Assembly: GCA_008632985.1 (NCBI GenBank) | Contig: QPGO01000213.1 | Coordinates: 1-64,000 of the forward strand | Length of the DNA: 64,000 nt | DNA from: Psammoneis japonica | Lineage: Eukaryota | Reading direction: 5' to 3' | Part shown: positions 24,001-36,298 of the stretch, in pieces | Numbering within the stretch: the first letter of the stretch is position 1 | Layout of the letters: the number at the start of each line of letters is the position of its first letter | Position numbers and translations under genes: made by a program | The notes under the pieces: model-generated | Databases searched by the model: none | The model's input: only the letters and a program-made list of their open reading frames with translations | What the model was told of the DNA's origin: nothing

Positions 24001-25275
24001 AACAAAACAAAGAATCACACACGGTCGCATTGTCAGCTTGCAAAAGAATGTCTCATTCTCTGGGACGGGTTCTAATCAAGAGCAAGAACAAAAGAGGATG
24101 AGCATCCAGATGAAATTGCCTTTAAATTGAAAGCTCACCTTGAAAAAGCAATGGATGCATGGTTTCGTCTCGGGTTGACAAACAAATTGTCGATCCACGG
24201 CCTTGGCGTGCACGGCAGTGACGACTTTGAATTTTGGAGTGGTCTTCACAAATGAAATGATGAAGAACTCATGGAGCAGGTGCATCATTGTGAGACAATG
24301 GATGCATTGTGCACTCAGGGATTTCACTCTCTCTCACTCTAAGCAGCTGAAATTCAACGCTTTCACATGTTCAGTGCAAGCAGCCAGAGTCACACGGAGG
24401 AGGTCAACGAAAGTTGAAAACGCAAGTTCAAAAGTGATCGAGCTGAAGTGGGTGCGGCAGCCCGAGTTGAAAGGGAAAAAGCTTGGAATCACATCTTTGA
24501 GGCCTGCAAAACAGGGAAACCAGTTCTTGAAGATCCCTTGGTGGTGCTGACCAAGGGAACCTCAGCATGGTCCACATCCAAGCAATGACAATCATTCGTG
24601 CATGAAAATTTAAGCAAACAACATGTGTGAGGAAGACGTGACCGCAATGACGTCATTGAACTGCACTGTCATTGCTCAAAATCAGTTCAAAGCTCACGAA
24701 TTCAAACTGCAACAATGGACAAGAACAGCGCGACTCTTTGACAGCCACATCGTTGACACAGAAAAAAAGAAATCTTTTGATGTCTTTCTTCAACTTGCCC
24801 CAACTTGTGTTTTCTTGTGCATCTCTCATTTCTTGACAATTGCTCACTTCTTTCCTTGGAACAAACACCACACATGAGACACTGGCATTGCTGTCTTGGA
24901 CAGGCCATTGTGTGGTCATTTGCCCTTGGAAGCCAGCACCGCAAACGGAATCATTCGTGGCACATCGTTCATGGTGTTGCGCAACGTTGCTTGCATTGTG
25001 CATTGAGTGCATGCATGTGCTCGTTCCTCGTTGAGAGCACAACGCACTGAAACAAACAAAGTTGAATCAGTGCGACGAAAATGCGTGCCATTCTATGCAC
25101 GTGGCCAACATGCCAAGAATCGGGATGCTGAATGCGCGAAATGCACGTGAGCTCGAAGGAGAATCCGACACCGCGCCGCAAGCCACAAGAGCAAGCAACA
25201 ACAATGCCAAAGCTTTGATCGACTGTCGCATTGTTGTTCGTTGTTTTCTTTGTCTTTGTCATTGTTGTCTTTGTC

Positions 25276-26938
25276 ATGGACGCGGCGCCTTTGTTGGACT
25301 TTGGCGGTGAAGGAGATGAGACTCCCGAACGAGAGTGCATGCAACGCTTGTTCCAAAGGATTGCGGTTCAAAACGAGCAGGAAATGGAGAAACTTGAAGA
25401 ACCATTGCGGTCGCTGGTGCGACTGGTGCATCAGGCAAGGACACATTTTCTTTCAGCTCTGCACTCCCCATGGATGGAGAATTGAAACCGAAAAAAAGAG
25501 AATCAACTCACGTGCGCTGATTGCCTTTTGCTCAAAGCAAAAATGGGTCGAGGCAAAGGAGTGCATCCTGTTGCACCCACAAGCAATGCATGAGATCACA
25601 ACTTTGTTTGCTGGCAGATCTGTCACTCACATGGCCTGCAGCAATTTGGCTGATGTTGAAGAATTCAATGAAGCAGCTCGTGTTCAAAAACTCAACCAAG
25701 ATGATAAAACGGAACGTCAAACATGTGACTTTGTGCAGTCATTGTTTGATGCAGCTTTCAGTTCCGACGATTTAGATTCACCCTCGAAACGGGCACTCGT
25801 ACAATCAATGTTGTTTTGTCGCGATTGCAAAGGATGCACGCTGCTGCAAAGCCGCGTCATCTACAACTTCTGGAGTGCGACTGATCCAGCGCCGCCAGCA
25901 AAGATTCTTCTGGAGTCGGCTGGAAATGCCTCTCCCACAACTCCGTGCGAATTGGTCACCGCTGCATGCGAGAGAGGCCGGACAGTGTTGCACATTGCAT
26001 CAGGGGGGGAGTTCCCGCACCAGATTTTTGAGCTTCTAATGGCTTGTTGCGGAGGCGCTCCGTCAGAGAACCCCACTTTAATTCTAGATGGAGATGGTCA
26101 ATCCATTCTAGACCTTGCGGTTGTCAATGCTCTGTCGGGAAGGCGTTGGAATGGGATGTTGGAACAAGGTTTCGGAGGACTTGTGCATCAAAATGATGAG
26201 GGTTTGTTTCCAATTGACAGAGTGGTTCAGGTTGCTCATCGTTTTGAGAGACCGGGAGAGCACATCTGTGAAATTGTTTTTCTCATGTTGCGAGCTCACT
26301 TTGGAAAAGTCGAAGCAGCATCTGAAGACTGGTTTCCACTTCATGCTCTGGCGCAGGCACCCTTTTGTTGCCCGTGCGTGTCAAAGTTTCTCCTTGAAAC
26401 ATGCAACTGGAGCAACCAGCTTTCAACCTTGGATTGTCAAGGCATGTTGCCACTTCACAAGGCGGCTGCACAACCCATGCCAGAGTTGCTGCTGAGAGCC
26501 AACCAAACTCCACTGACCTCAAAGGAAGTGAGTGCCTTGCAGGCACTGTCAGCTCAAAAAGCACTTGAAGAGCTTCGGTGTCACCCAAAGGAGCCAATCC
26601 CGTCGTTGAGTGGCATGGAAATGACGGAAGGTGAAAACAATGTGATTCTTTTGTTGCTGAATGCTGGCCCTGATGCTGCGGCTGCACCAGCAATGGTTGG
26701 CAGTCGGCTGGCACTTCACTGTGCCATCGAATCGGGTCACGCATGGGAAGCAGTGCGACAGTTGTAGAAGACTGCTCCAGATTCAGTGATTGCTCCTGAT
26801 CCTAAAACAGGACTGTTTCCATTCATGCTGGCTGCGCCAGCTCCCGAAAATCCTTCTTCTGGCTTCGAGAGGAAGTCCAACAGTGGACTGGATGCGACAC
26901 TCGATTGGTTTGCATTGCCCAAGCACATTTCTCCCCAA
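25276..26938 (+). pseudogene. Ankyrin-repeat protein (diatom type), hypermutated
   Basis: GRTVLHIA, FPLHALA, MLPLHKAA, LALHCAIESG, DPKTGLFPFMLAA. Intron 25435-25537 has a GCAAGG donor and joins in frame; TAG stop at 26765-26767; one Tyr in 508 aa. Confidence 0.75.
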
Positions 26939-27328
26939 GACGCGTTCCAGGTCTAGGTGGGACCTCGCACTACTGCACTGTGACATCGACAGTTTTTTGA
27001 ATCACGTCGTATGTCGCGCACGTAGATTTCTACGTGATTTTTTCGATATTTTGTGTCATTTTACGGTACACTTATTGAGCGATCTGTCCAACAACTTTTG
27101 ACATTTTTTGTTACAGCGCGATTCTATAATGTCTTAAGAATCGCGTAGGGCAGGCGCATTTGCAGAAACGTCGAGTGGCAAGAGGCATAATTGCACCACA
27201 AACTTGGCAGTTCATTTGATGTTGAAGACAAACAAATCCATTAATTAAATTCTAGCACTGCGGAGCTCGCACGTAGAATTCTACGGGCCCAATGTCACAC
27301 GGAGTCCCACCTAGGACTGGAACCCGTC
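26939..27328. mobile_element. 390-bp MITE with imperfect 25-bp TIRs and a CCAA target duplication
   Basis: gacgcgttccaggtctaggtgggac (26939-26963) pairs with gtcccacctaggactggaacccgtc (27304-27328); CCAA at 26935-26938 and 27329-27332; interior is TA-rich. Confidence 0.8.
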
Positions 27329-27759
27329 CCAAGCCGGTTTGGCAACTGAGAAGGCCACAGGTGCTTGTCATGTCGGTGCCACAGTTTTTGTGTCCAAGCA
27401 GTGTTCCTCGGTGTTGCAATTCATCGTCGTCATGTGAAAACGTTTGGCCGGTGTCTCACATGACATTGACATGCACGGAAGCCGCAGGTGGCATGTGACA
27501 CTTTCTAGTCAGCACAATCTATTTTTGCCGCCCTCTCGTCCCATCGGTTTGTCAAGCTCTGGACTGCCGCAGTCAGTGGCATCTAGTTTCGACGCCCTCT
27601 CGGTTTAGCAAGCTCTGAACCACTGTGAAGCTTTGGCAAAGAGGGACGTGTTGGAGCCAGTTGAAAGAAAAGAGGAGCACTTGAGAAAGCAAGGAGTTGA
27701 GAAAATGTGCCTGAAGCAGTCGCAACACTGCGACAGTCACAGGCATCACACTACAGTCA

Positions 27760-30188
27760 GCAGCATCCAGTTTCGACGCCCACTTGTGCTCTTGGTTTAG
27801 CAAGCTGTGAAACTTGAACTGTCACTTTGTCATTAAAAACAGTTTGAGCATGACGCCCGCAAAACTTCTTGTCATCATCTGGCAGCAATTCCCACTCCTT
27901 TTGTCCCTTGTCTGCATTGCAGCAGGGGTGTTTCAAGACAAGTCGGTTGCCACAGAGAAAAAATCCTTGATCTCGAAACGCAGTTGACTCACAATGCTCC
28001 TCGTCTCCAGCCAAAGGCTCGCCCCGTGCCCATGCAAAATGGCTTCGTAACTGAGATGAAAGCGTCCCGTCTTTGGTTTCATCGTGTCTCTTGGAGTTCC
28101 TGTCAAACTGGAAGGACGACTCAAAGAACAAATGTTCTTGCTAGTTTGGAGAAGCTGTGGGTGTCAGCACACTGTTGTGGTGGACAAAAGTTTCCAAATT
28201 TTGAGAACAAGACGAGTGCAGTGGCGCCAGTGAAGAAAGCAAAGCCCTGTCATCAACGGCTGTCCTCATGTTCTTGACAGTGGGGATGAACGCAGAAACA
28301 AATGTCGAGACTTGTCAGTCTCGGCATCAAAGTCCTTTTGGGGATCAGCCTTTGATTTCATGTGGTTCGAGGGACGACTTGCCCGGACATGGAAACAGGG
28401 CTTACGTTCTGTTGTCCTGCCATCGTTGCCGTGCCTAGAGAGGCAAACTTTTATGGTGCATCGAGGCTCGTTCAGCAAAACAGCCATTGCAACTTTTTTG
28501 AATTCAATCATGTCTGGTTGTCAAAGCTTTGTCCAGATGCAAAGAAATGTTCAATGTTGTGACTGTTGAACCGCTGTGGGACGGAAAGGATGGTGCTCCT
28601 GTCGAAGAAGAACCGCCCTTGTCAGAAATCATGGCATGGGACAACAATGAAGGCGAGTTGCAGTTGCAATGTTGTTGTGTGGTCACGCTGCTGGCAGAGG
28701 CCTTCATGCAAGTTGATGGATTTGAGGTGCTTCTTGCATGAAAATTGCTTTTGTGTGGACTCGAATCCCTTGTTCATTCCGCTTCTTCTCTTGACAAGGA
28801 AGCAGTCTCAGCATTCTGACTCGACGTTGCCATGTCTGCAGCAAGATCCGAGTCAGTGTCGTGCCACGAGCCCATGTGCTCATCTTCATCCCCGTCCTTT
28901 CTGCCAGGACACCAACGGCCATCTCGTGAATGCTTGTCAAGGCGACGGCATCGCCTCCTGCGTTTTTTGCCCTTCGAGTTGACCCGCCCACACTCTCATC
29001 TAATTCGTTTCATCCCAGGTGTTCGCCATCCTCGTCATTCGTGCTCCTCCATTTCCTTCCACTGGCCATTCTATTGAATTCTTCTGAGTCTTCTCTCCTG
29101 CGTTGCACACTTAACTCTGAATTCTCACTCTCGTCAGATTCGCTTCCTCCCAGATGTGCGTTGTCCTTGCAATTCGAGCGGCTCTTCTGTTCTGTAAAAC
29201 ACCATCCTCTCCATCGCCATCGATTTTGGCGACAGCATCCTGCTCAATTGCAATCTCATCGCCATTTCCTTCAATTTCCTCCTCGGTCATTTCATCCTCC
29301 TTTACGACCTCAGACTGCTCGTCATTCTCCAAAACAACGCATTCAATGGGATGTGTTGCCTCGATGCCTGCGGATGCCAGAAATTTCTTTGCAGAAACCA
29401 CCGTGCCACAGAGATCAACAAAGACAGACAATGCACACACGTGCAGGCATTGCCACCCCACATGCTCGATGGACTTCTGTTGCCCACAACAACTCGTTTC
29501 CATTCTTATCTAGAGAGTAGAGTCGCCGGCACAATCAACGCAGACAGCTGCTCGATGCGACGACCGGAATCCCCGGTGCACAAGGCGCAGTTCCACACAA
29601 CACCCATTCGTCTGATGGAGTGTATTTCGTCTGTCAGAAGCCTTTCTATCACTCCCTCCACTTCCTCTCGAAAGGATAAAATGGCGGCGCCGTTCAATGA
29701 GAAACCCTGGATGGTGGATTTGTTCTCGTCTCCGGACCCACTCGCTTGCGAATCCACAAAGAAATCAACAATGGGTCCCTTGACATCTTCCCCATTGGAA
29801 TGTGACTGGCGTCAACACTCCTGACAAGTTCCATTCGATCACGTGCCCTAGAAAGTTCAACACTTGCACGCTGCGCATGCATTTGCGGATTTGCAACATC
29901 AGAACACTTCCAACAGAACACACGAGACCGAGGAATGTTGCGTCCCTTTCGGCTCACTGAAAGGTTTGAGAATCACCAATCATTGTCAATGTCGTGCTCC
30001 TTGCATTTTGCGGGTCCAATCGCATCCAGAACTAACTCCTTCTCGTTCATCTGCCAAACCTTCTTCGGCTTCTTCCGGCAGCAACAAATTGTTGGAATTG
30101 GAGCGCCAGAAGCGGTTTTGGTGGTGGACGACACATCAGGGCGCTGCTGCTGCTGCGTTCCGTCATGATGTGATATTGTGTACGGCAT
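27760..30188 (-). pseudogene. Degenerate long coding sequence of unknown family
   Basis: Chain of minus-strand ORF fragments starting MPYTISHHD at 30188, with an acidic tract and scattered stops and frameshifts. Confidence 0.35.
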
Positions 30189-30650
30189 TGTCGAGATTAT
30201 CTCCAGTATAACAAGCACAGTGCTTTGTAGCGGTGTCGATTGCAGCGACGATGGCTGCTGCCGGCATCATCATGGCGCGAGCGCAGAAAATTCGAAAGAA
30301 TGAGTCGTCATGCAGTCGTATCAATCGAACATACCCAGAGGAAAATGAATACCCTCATTCACGGAGAGAAATATGAACGGGGGGTTCGCAAATTTCATTC
30401 GAACCTTCAATTACTGAAATGTAAATTAAAAGAAAACGGCATGCTGTTTTCATTTTCTGCGATGATATGACAGCACAAAGACGACAGCCGCTTCATCATA
30501 GTAATCGTATGTACCACCTCTTCTCTTTGTTACCGTGGAAGGCAGCGCCCTCTTACAACCCTCTTTAGCTAGACGACAACAAATCACAGTATTGGAAATC
30601 CTGTGGATACTCGACATTTTCTCTCGAAACCAAACGCATACTCCATAATC

Positions 30651-32135
30651 ATGAGCACTGCTGACGACGATGATGGAGTGGAAATGTTTTTATCTCAGGG
30701 ATCCTACAAGCCCGTTATTTTGCCATCGACATCGTATCGAAGCAAGCACGAATCCGAATCCAAACGCCGTTGGAAATTATTAAAAAATGTGGCTCGGTTA
30801 ACGACGCGCCGATCGTCTCTTACCCCAGCCGAACAAGATTTGTTGCAGGCTCTTTCCGACAAGAAACAGAGCTCCGCAGTAACGTTTTCGGCTACACAAG
30901 AAAAGCAAGATGATTCTACCAAGACACGAAAAACCAATCATCGTCAATCGTTGCGTCAGTCCATTCTACGGAAAAGCCATGCCTTGAATCGACAGGAAGC
31001 AGATTTCTTACAGAGTCTCGTATTGGCGGAAAATGTACCCGAGGAACAGTTGGAAAAGGTTCAGCACGTACTAAGCAGCGATCCATTGTACGACGACGAT
31101 GAAAGCAGTGCCGAATTTGTCAAGCAACCTACAACAGTCCAGTCTTTTTCTCGACCCAAATTGAATCAAGAGGGACCATCCTTTCGAAAGGAAGTATGGC
31201 TCGAGTATACACCCAAACCGCCACCATCCTCCGCGCGTTCTCTCCGAGAAGAACAAGACGAACAACCACAGCAACAACAAGAAGAACGGACACCCAGCTT
31301 GCTTGACAAGCTCTTTGGAATAAAGCAACAAGAAGATCCAAAACAAGCACTACAAGACAAAGATTCAAAAGAAAAGGAAGAGAGTATGATTCCAACTGTC
31401 ATTTTGGCGACGCACGTGCACGACACGGATTGCTACCCACACGTCCTGTCACCACCCATGATGGATGCACTCCGTCCGTATTTGCCTTTTTGTATTCAAC
31501 AAGATAATTATTGGCTCAAGTACTCTTTATTACGAGACGGCGCTTCGATGAGATGTCTGCTATCGCACATTCGCGGTTCGGCACGAACCATTCTCGCCAT
31601 TGAAACCTTGGATGGGAATGTCTTTGGTTCCTTTACAAGCAGTCCATGGCGTCCTCAGGGTCGCAATTATTATGGTAGTGGTGAAGCGTTTTGTTGGAAA
31701 CTTGGTCAAAATCGATTCACGCCGTGTGATACTCCTCAAGATCAAATTGAATTGGAATCCAATCTAGACGTGTATCCGTGGACTGGACAGAATCGTAACG
31801 TCCAATCGTTGGAAACCATGGATTCCCATTTGGTATTGGGTGGTGGTGTAGTGGACAAGGATATCTTGGTGACGGATCATCATGACAATGTCGACAAGAA
31901 GGACGACGACGGTTCCGCGCTTGTCCTTGATCCAACCTTGGAACGGGGCACGACACAAGCCAGTATTACGTTTGGCAATCCTCCGCTTATTACCACCGAC
32001 AATAATACTACTGTCTTTGAGATTGCCAATATCGAAGTATGGACCATGACACCGGTCCAACACGTTTCTCAAGCCATGCAATTGGAAATGGGACGACAAT
32101 TCATTTTTGATCATGGTAATTTTGTTGAACAATAA
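30651..32135 (+). CDS. TLDc-domain protein (OXR1/NCOA7-like)
   Basis: WLKYSLLRDGASM, GNVFGSFTSSPW, YYGSGEAFCW, FEIANIEVW. Confidence 0.9.
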   Translation: MSTADDDDGVEMFLSQGSYKPVILPSTSYRSKHESESKRRWKLLKNVARLTTRRSSLTPAEQDLLQALSDKKQSSAVTFSATQEKQDDSTKTRKTNHRQSLRQSILRKSHALNRQEADFLQSLVLAENVPEEQLEKVQHVLSSDPLYDDDESSAEFVKQPTTVQSFSRPKLNQEGPSFRKEVWLEYTPKPPPSSARSLREEQDEQPQQQQEERTPSLLDKLFGIKQQEDPKQALQDKDSKEKEESMIPTVILATHVHDTDCYPHVLSPPMMDALRPYLPFCIQQDNYWLKYSLLRDGASMRCLLSHIRGSARTILAIETLDGNVFGSFTSSPWRPQGRNYYGSGEAFCWKLGQNRFTPCDTPQDQIELESNLDVYPWTGQNRNVQSLETMDSHLVLGGGVVDKDILVTDHHDNVDKKDDDGSALVLDPTLERGTTQASITFGNPPLITTDNNTTVFEIANIEVWTMTPVQHVSQAMQLEMGRQFIFDHGNFVEQ

Positions 32136-32637
32136 AGAATAGCGCTTGGTGTCGATGCAGTCTTGATGAAAGAGCGCAGTTTGTACATTCTTTTAGTCTT
32201 TAAGGCCTGCATATACTTGTCGTAAAACATAATACTGTAATGAATCTGGTATGTACCGTTTACTTGAAACTCACCGACGTGTTACTGCTACTACTCAGCC
32301 CTACCGGTAGCTACGGCTGTAGTAGAGAGGACGTAATGCATTGAGGTTAGCCTAATTATTTGATCAAGGTGATGCTTGCCTTGCTGCAGTACATTGGTTT
32401 TTGGTAGTCGGCCTTATCATTGCTCTCCAGAGGATGCGGGCAGCACTGTTTATCTTTTAATATAGGGCCCTATTCTTTAAGAGACGAATGCACACAGTAA
32501 ATCTATAACCGGCAGAGCGATAGGCAGATGTACAGTTTCTAGTGTTTTAGATAAACAAGGTTTGCTCCCATGCTTTCTTAGTGTTCCCCAAGCCGCACTT
32601 TGCAAAGCTTTACAGACGGAGGTCCTCCTTGTAGCAG

Positions 32638-33736
32638 TTATTCCTCTTGTAGCATCTCGTTACGAATGCGCTTTTCAATGAGTGGCTTGTGCCTCCGGTT
32701 CCGTTGTTTTTTCAAGCGCTCGTAGGTATTTCTGAATTCCTTTCGCTTGGCCTCCTTGGCTTCCTCCGACTCGCAGGCTGCGAGTTCTTCCTCCGTAGGC
32801 CGATACGGAGGGAGGGGATGTAGAGCTACAAGCTCGGCCTTGACTCGCTTTTCAAAGGGGGTTTTCGTGGATTTTTTATCTCGATGCCTCTGCTGCCGTT
32901 CTGCATTGGTCAGTGGGCGCGCATTGCGTTGGCGAGCCGCTTGTTCAGTGTCGTCCGAGGCCTTCTTCTCCTTGCTGATTTGGAGACGCCCGCTGGCAAC
33001 ACAAGCAACAATGTTGTGAGTGCATCCAAAGAAAATAGAATTTGGAAACTTGTCACAATACTTACAGCTCCGCATCAAGGTCAGCCAGTTCCCTTTTGAA
33101 ATCTACAATCTTCATCTCTAGAACTTCAACCTCCTTGGCAAGTCGTTCCTTCTTGAGGTTTAAAAAGGCAATCTTGGCATCGGTGCCGTCGGAGGCTGCA
33201 CTCTCCGGGGTACCATCATCCTTAGTAGCAGCTTCGGTAGCAGCCTTGGGCGCCGGCGTGACGTCCATGGCGGGACAGCGCGCCATGTTGGCGTCACGAG
33301 CATCCTTCCAGCGGCCCTTGTTCTGCGACAGCCACAACGCAAACTTCGTTCGCTGTTGCTGGCTCGGAAATTTCTCCTCGAGCTTAGGAATCTTCACATA
33401 CAAATTCGACGCTCGGTAGCCACTCACGAAGATTTCGTCCAACTCTCCACGCTTGGCGGGATTCATCACTAACTCGCGCCACAAGTGCTTGTCCCGAGCA
33501 TCCTTCCATTGGGGCTTGTTGTTCGAAAGCCATTCCCCCACCTTCGCTTCCTGGCCCGGAAATTCATCCTCGAGCTGAGGAATCATCGCATACAACGTCG
33601 ACGCTTGGAAGCCATTCTCGAAGATTTCGTCCAACTCTCCACGCTTGGCGGGCTTGACGACGAGCTCTTCCAAAGTGGGGTGGCTATAGCCACGGTGGCT
33701 AGATAAGATCCTGGTTTCGTTGGACGAAGTACTCAT
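32638..33736 (-). CDS. Uncharacterised 2-exon protein with a duplicated PAKRGELDEIF domain, coiled coil and basic C-terminus (exons 33736-33066, 32992-32638)
   Basis: ATG at 33736; a GTAAGT...GCCAG intron joins AEL|GRLQ in frame; paralogs at 53966-55097 and about 39500-40200. Confidence 0.7.
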
Positions 33737-34237
33737 CTTGAAGGTAGATACAATGATCGTAGGAACCGAAAGCAACAACAACAGCAACTACGCCGCTAGC
33801 TAGCTAGTCTACAACGCAATAATGACAGCGTCACCGTTTTGGAGTTTTCGATCGTTCCATCTCCCGAGCGCCGGCCTCGGCGACGTTATTTTTGAACAGA
33901 AGTTCGAAGATGTAAATGGATTAAGTATACTTATATAGAAATCCAACTGGCCGGCTTATGAACGTATACAAAAATATATTGATTTTCAATCATTTCTAAG
34001 TCCTGTATAATAATATTATCTATAGATACTCACTTATTTCAATTATGATTATGGCCCATAAAGCTTCTACGAATAAATCAAGTATGTAGAAAAGCTATGT
34101 ACATTACACGCAAGGCACGACTATCAACGGAAAAACAAATATTTTTTTAGCACGAATCAACGTCGTGTGTACCGTAGACTACGGCGTGCAAGGAGCCTGT
34201 GCGCGACGCGCCGCCCCATGCATCTCATGCATTCACC
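33737..34237. promoter_or_regulatory. Conserved divergent intergenic region, copy 1
   Basis: Shares blocks with 55098-55560 (ttccatctcccgagcgccggcctcggcgacgttatttttgaaca; tatagaaatccaactggccggc; ggcacgactatcaacggaaaaa); lies between head-to-head genes. Confidence 0.6.
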
Positions 34238-36298
34238 ATGTCCATGTTGTCACTTTTGGAAGTGCTGCGACGACGGAAAATGACGACGACACCCGGCGCT
34301 GTGCCTCCTCAGATCCTATCTGCGTTGGAGGAGCTTCGTACACCCTCGAGCTGCTCAAATTCAGCAGAAGCGGCATGCGAGCTTTTCGAATTCTGCAATG
34401 AGCGGAAGGACAAAATTCCTCAGTCGCTCACCCAAGCCGGATTTCTTGAGACAATCATTGGTGCAATGGATCACGATGGGCAAAGCAAATCCTTTTACGT
34501 GTGTGTCATTCTTGTGATCCAAACTTTCATGAAGTCAAACGAAGACAACACAGAAGAATTCTTTGAAAAGGGCGGTCTCAAAAGAACAGTGTTTCTGATG
34601 GATGCATTTGTCACGGACGAAATCATTCAGACGGCGGGAGTTCAATGCCTCTGTTACCTTATGTTCAGAATCAGTGAGAAGTTCGCGGTTGAAATGGGGA
34701 CAAGAATCATGGAATGTGTTGTCAGAGCGATGGAAATTCACAAAGACTCAGCCTCGATCGCTGATTTTGGCATTGCAGGTCTAGTGAAGGCATCGGACTT
34801 GCTGCAACATGCGTTTCGTAATGATTTGATGCTTCGGTGCAAAACATGTCTCGAGCATTTGCTCCCAAACCATCTGCCTGATGTTGAGGGATGTGAGGAG
34901 AACTGTTCGCACTTGCTTGAGGAGTTTGACAAAATGCTCTTTCTCCGTCGTTAGCCAGAGAAACTGAGCAATTCATCTCTCAGTGCGTCGGAGGCCACGC
35001 AGCTCTTTCATGCTGTCGCATTGTTTGTTGCCAAGCCAGGCATGTCAGGAGCACTAGTCGGCGGCGGATTTTTCAAAATGGCCATTGCTTCATTGAATGA
35101 CGGTGGGCGGACCCGAGAGGTCTGTGAACAGCTTTGTGTGATGCTCACTGTGTTCATGGGCCTCGACGACAAAGGCAAGGGTTGCACGGAACAAATCCTT
35201 CGCATTGGCGGCCTCGAAAGCGCTCTTTGTATCGTCAACAGTTTCCCAAAAGATGAAAGGTGTCAGAGATCGGTGCTGGAGCTTTACCGCTTTTTCTGCG
35301 TGAATGGCACAGATGCAAAGAACGGGGCGGACATTGCGAACACGGTGCTCGAAAGCGCAATCAACATCATGAGCAACCATGAAGACTCGGCGCTTGTCTT
35401 CAGGCTATCTTGCCAGGCGGTTTTTGAGGCATTGCTTGTTCTTGACTTCTCTGTCAATGACGACGCGCTCTTTGACCAATGCATCAACTGCGTTTCCACT
35501 GGGGTTGCGAAGCATTGGAATGACAATGAATCTGTCGGAGTCGGTCGATGTGTGCTGGAAGGTTTGATTGGAGTGGACGCTTCAAACGAGGTGTTGGCAA
35601 AGCACTCTATGTCACATTTCACTTCCCAACTAGAGGAACTTCGTCATCCATCTCGCAATTCCGTGAAGGCGCTCGCGGCCGCACGGGAGCTTTGCTCCGC
35701 AATCGGCGCGGAAAAATTCCCCCTGTCCCTTGTCGATTCTGATTTTTTGGATGTAATCACCCATGCAATGAATCACCTCGGCCAGTCCAAAAGTTTCTAT
35801 TTTCCTTTGTTGATGATCCTTGTAAATCTCATTCATCTGGAAGACGCAACTGAGAAAATCGTTGAGATGGGAGGCGTCGCAAGATTGCTTGGTTTTATGA
35901 AATCCTTTGTGAACGAAGAGACATGGCAGTTGAATGCTCTTTACGTCATCCAACATTTTGCTTCTGAGAAGGGCGGTGCCTTTGCTGCTGCCATTGTCAA
36001 GAACGTCACAGAGGCAATGCGAGCCCACAAGGACTCGACAAAAATCTACTCCGCGGGTTGTAAGGCACTTGAGCAATCGTTGGAATCGATTGGATGGTGT
36101 GTTGAAGATGAAAAATTGCTCAAGAGAGTTGTGGACTGCGTTTGGTGTGGCATTGCAAATCATCCCTACGACGACGACTTGCAGTTGCGAGGTCGTAAGC
36201 TGCTGCACGTGTTGGTTGGAGATGAGGCTGCCAAAGAAATGATTTCATGTTCTGAGCATCGTCATTGTGCCGATGCTCACTGCAGTGCCGCTGCTTGA
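34238..36298 (+). pseudogene. Armadillo/HEAT-like helical repeat protein with three long repeats and one in-frame TAG
   Basis: Repeated LEELR.PS...GQSKSFY...GG units; ORFs 34199-34954 and 35021-36298 are in the same frame, separated only by TAG at 34952-34954. Confidence 0.65.

Larger units (their letters stand above)
21012..30170. other. TpA-depleted domain with degenerate genes
   Basis: TA is very rare outside the 26939-27328 insert; surviving sites are mostly TTAA/CTAA/TTAG/CTAG or TCTAY; ORFs are Cys/His-rich and nearly Tyr-free. Confidence 0.88.

Noticed and set aside
21012..30170. Foreign (viral or horizontally acquired) DNA with different codon usage or an alternative genetic code
   Set aside because: Depletion also affects introns, TIRs and TSDs, and the domains hold paralogs of adjacent TA-normal sequence.
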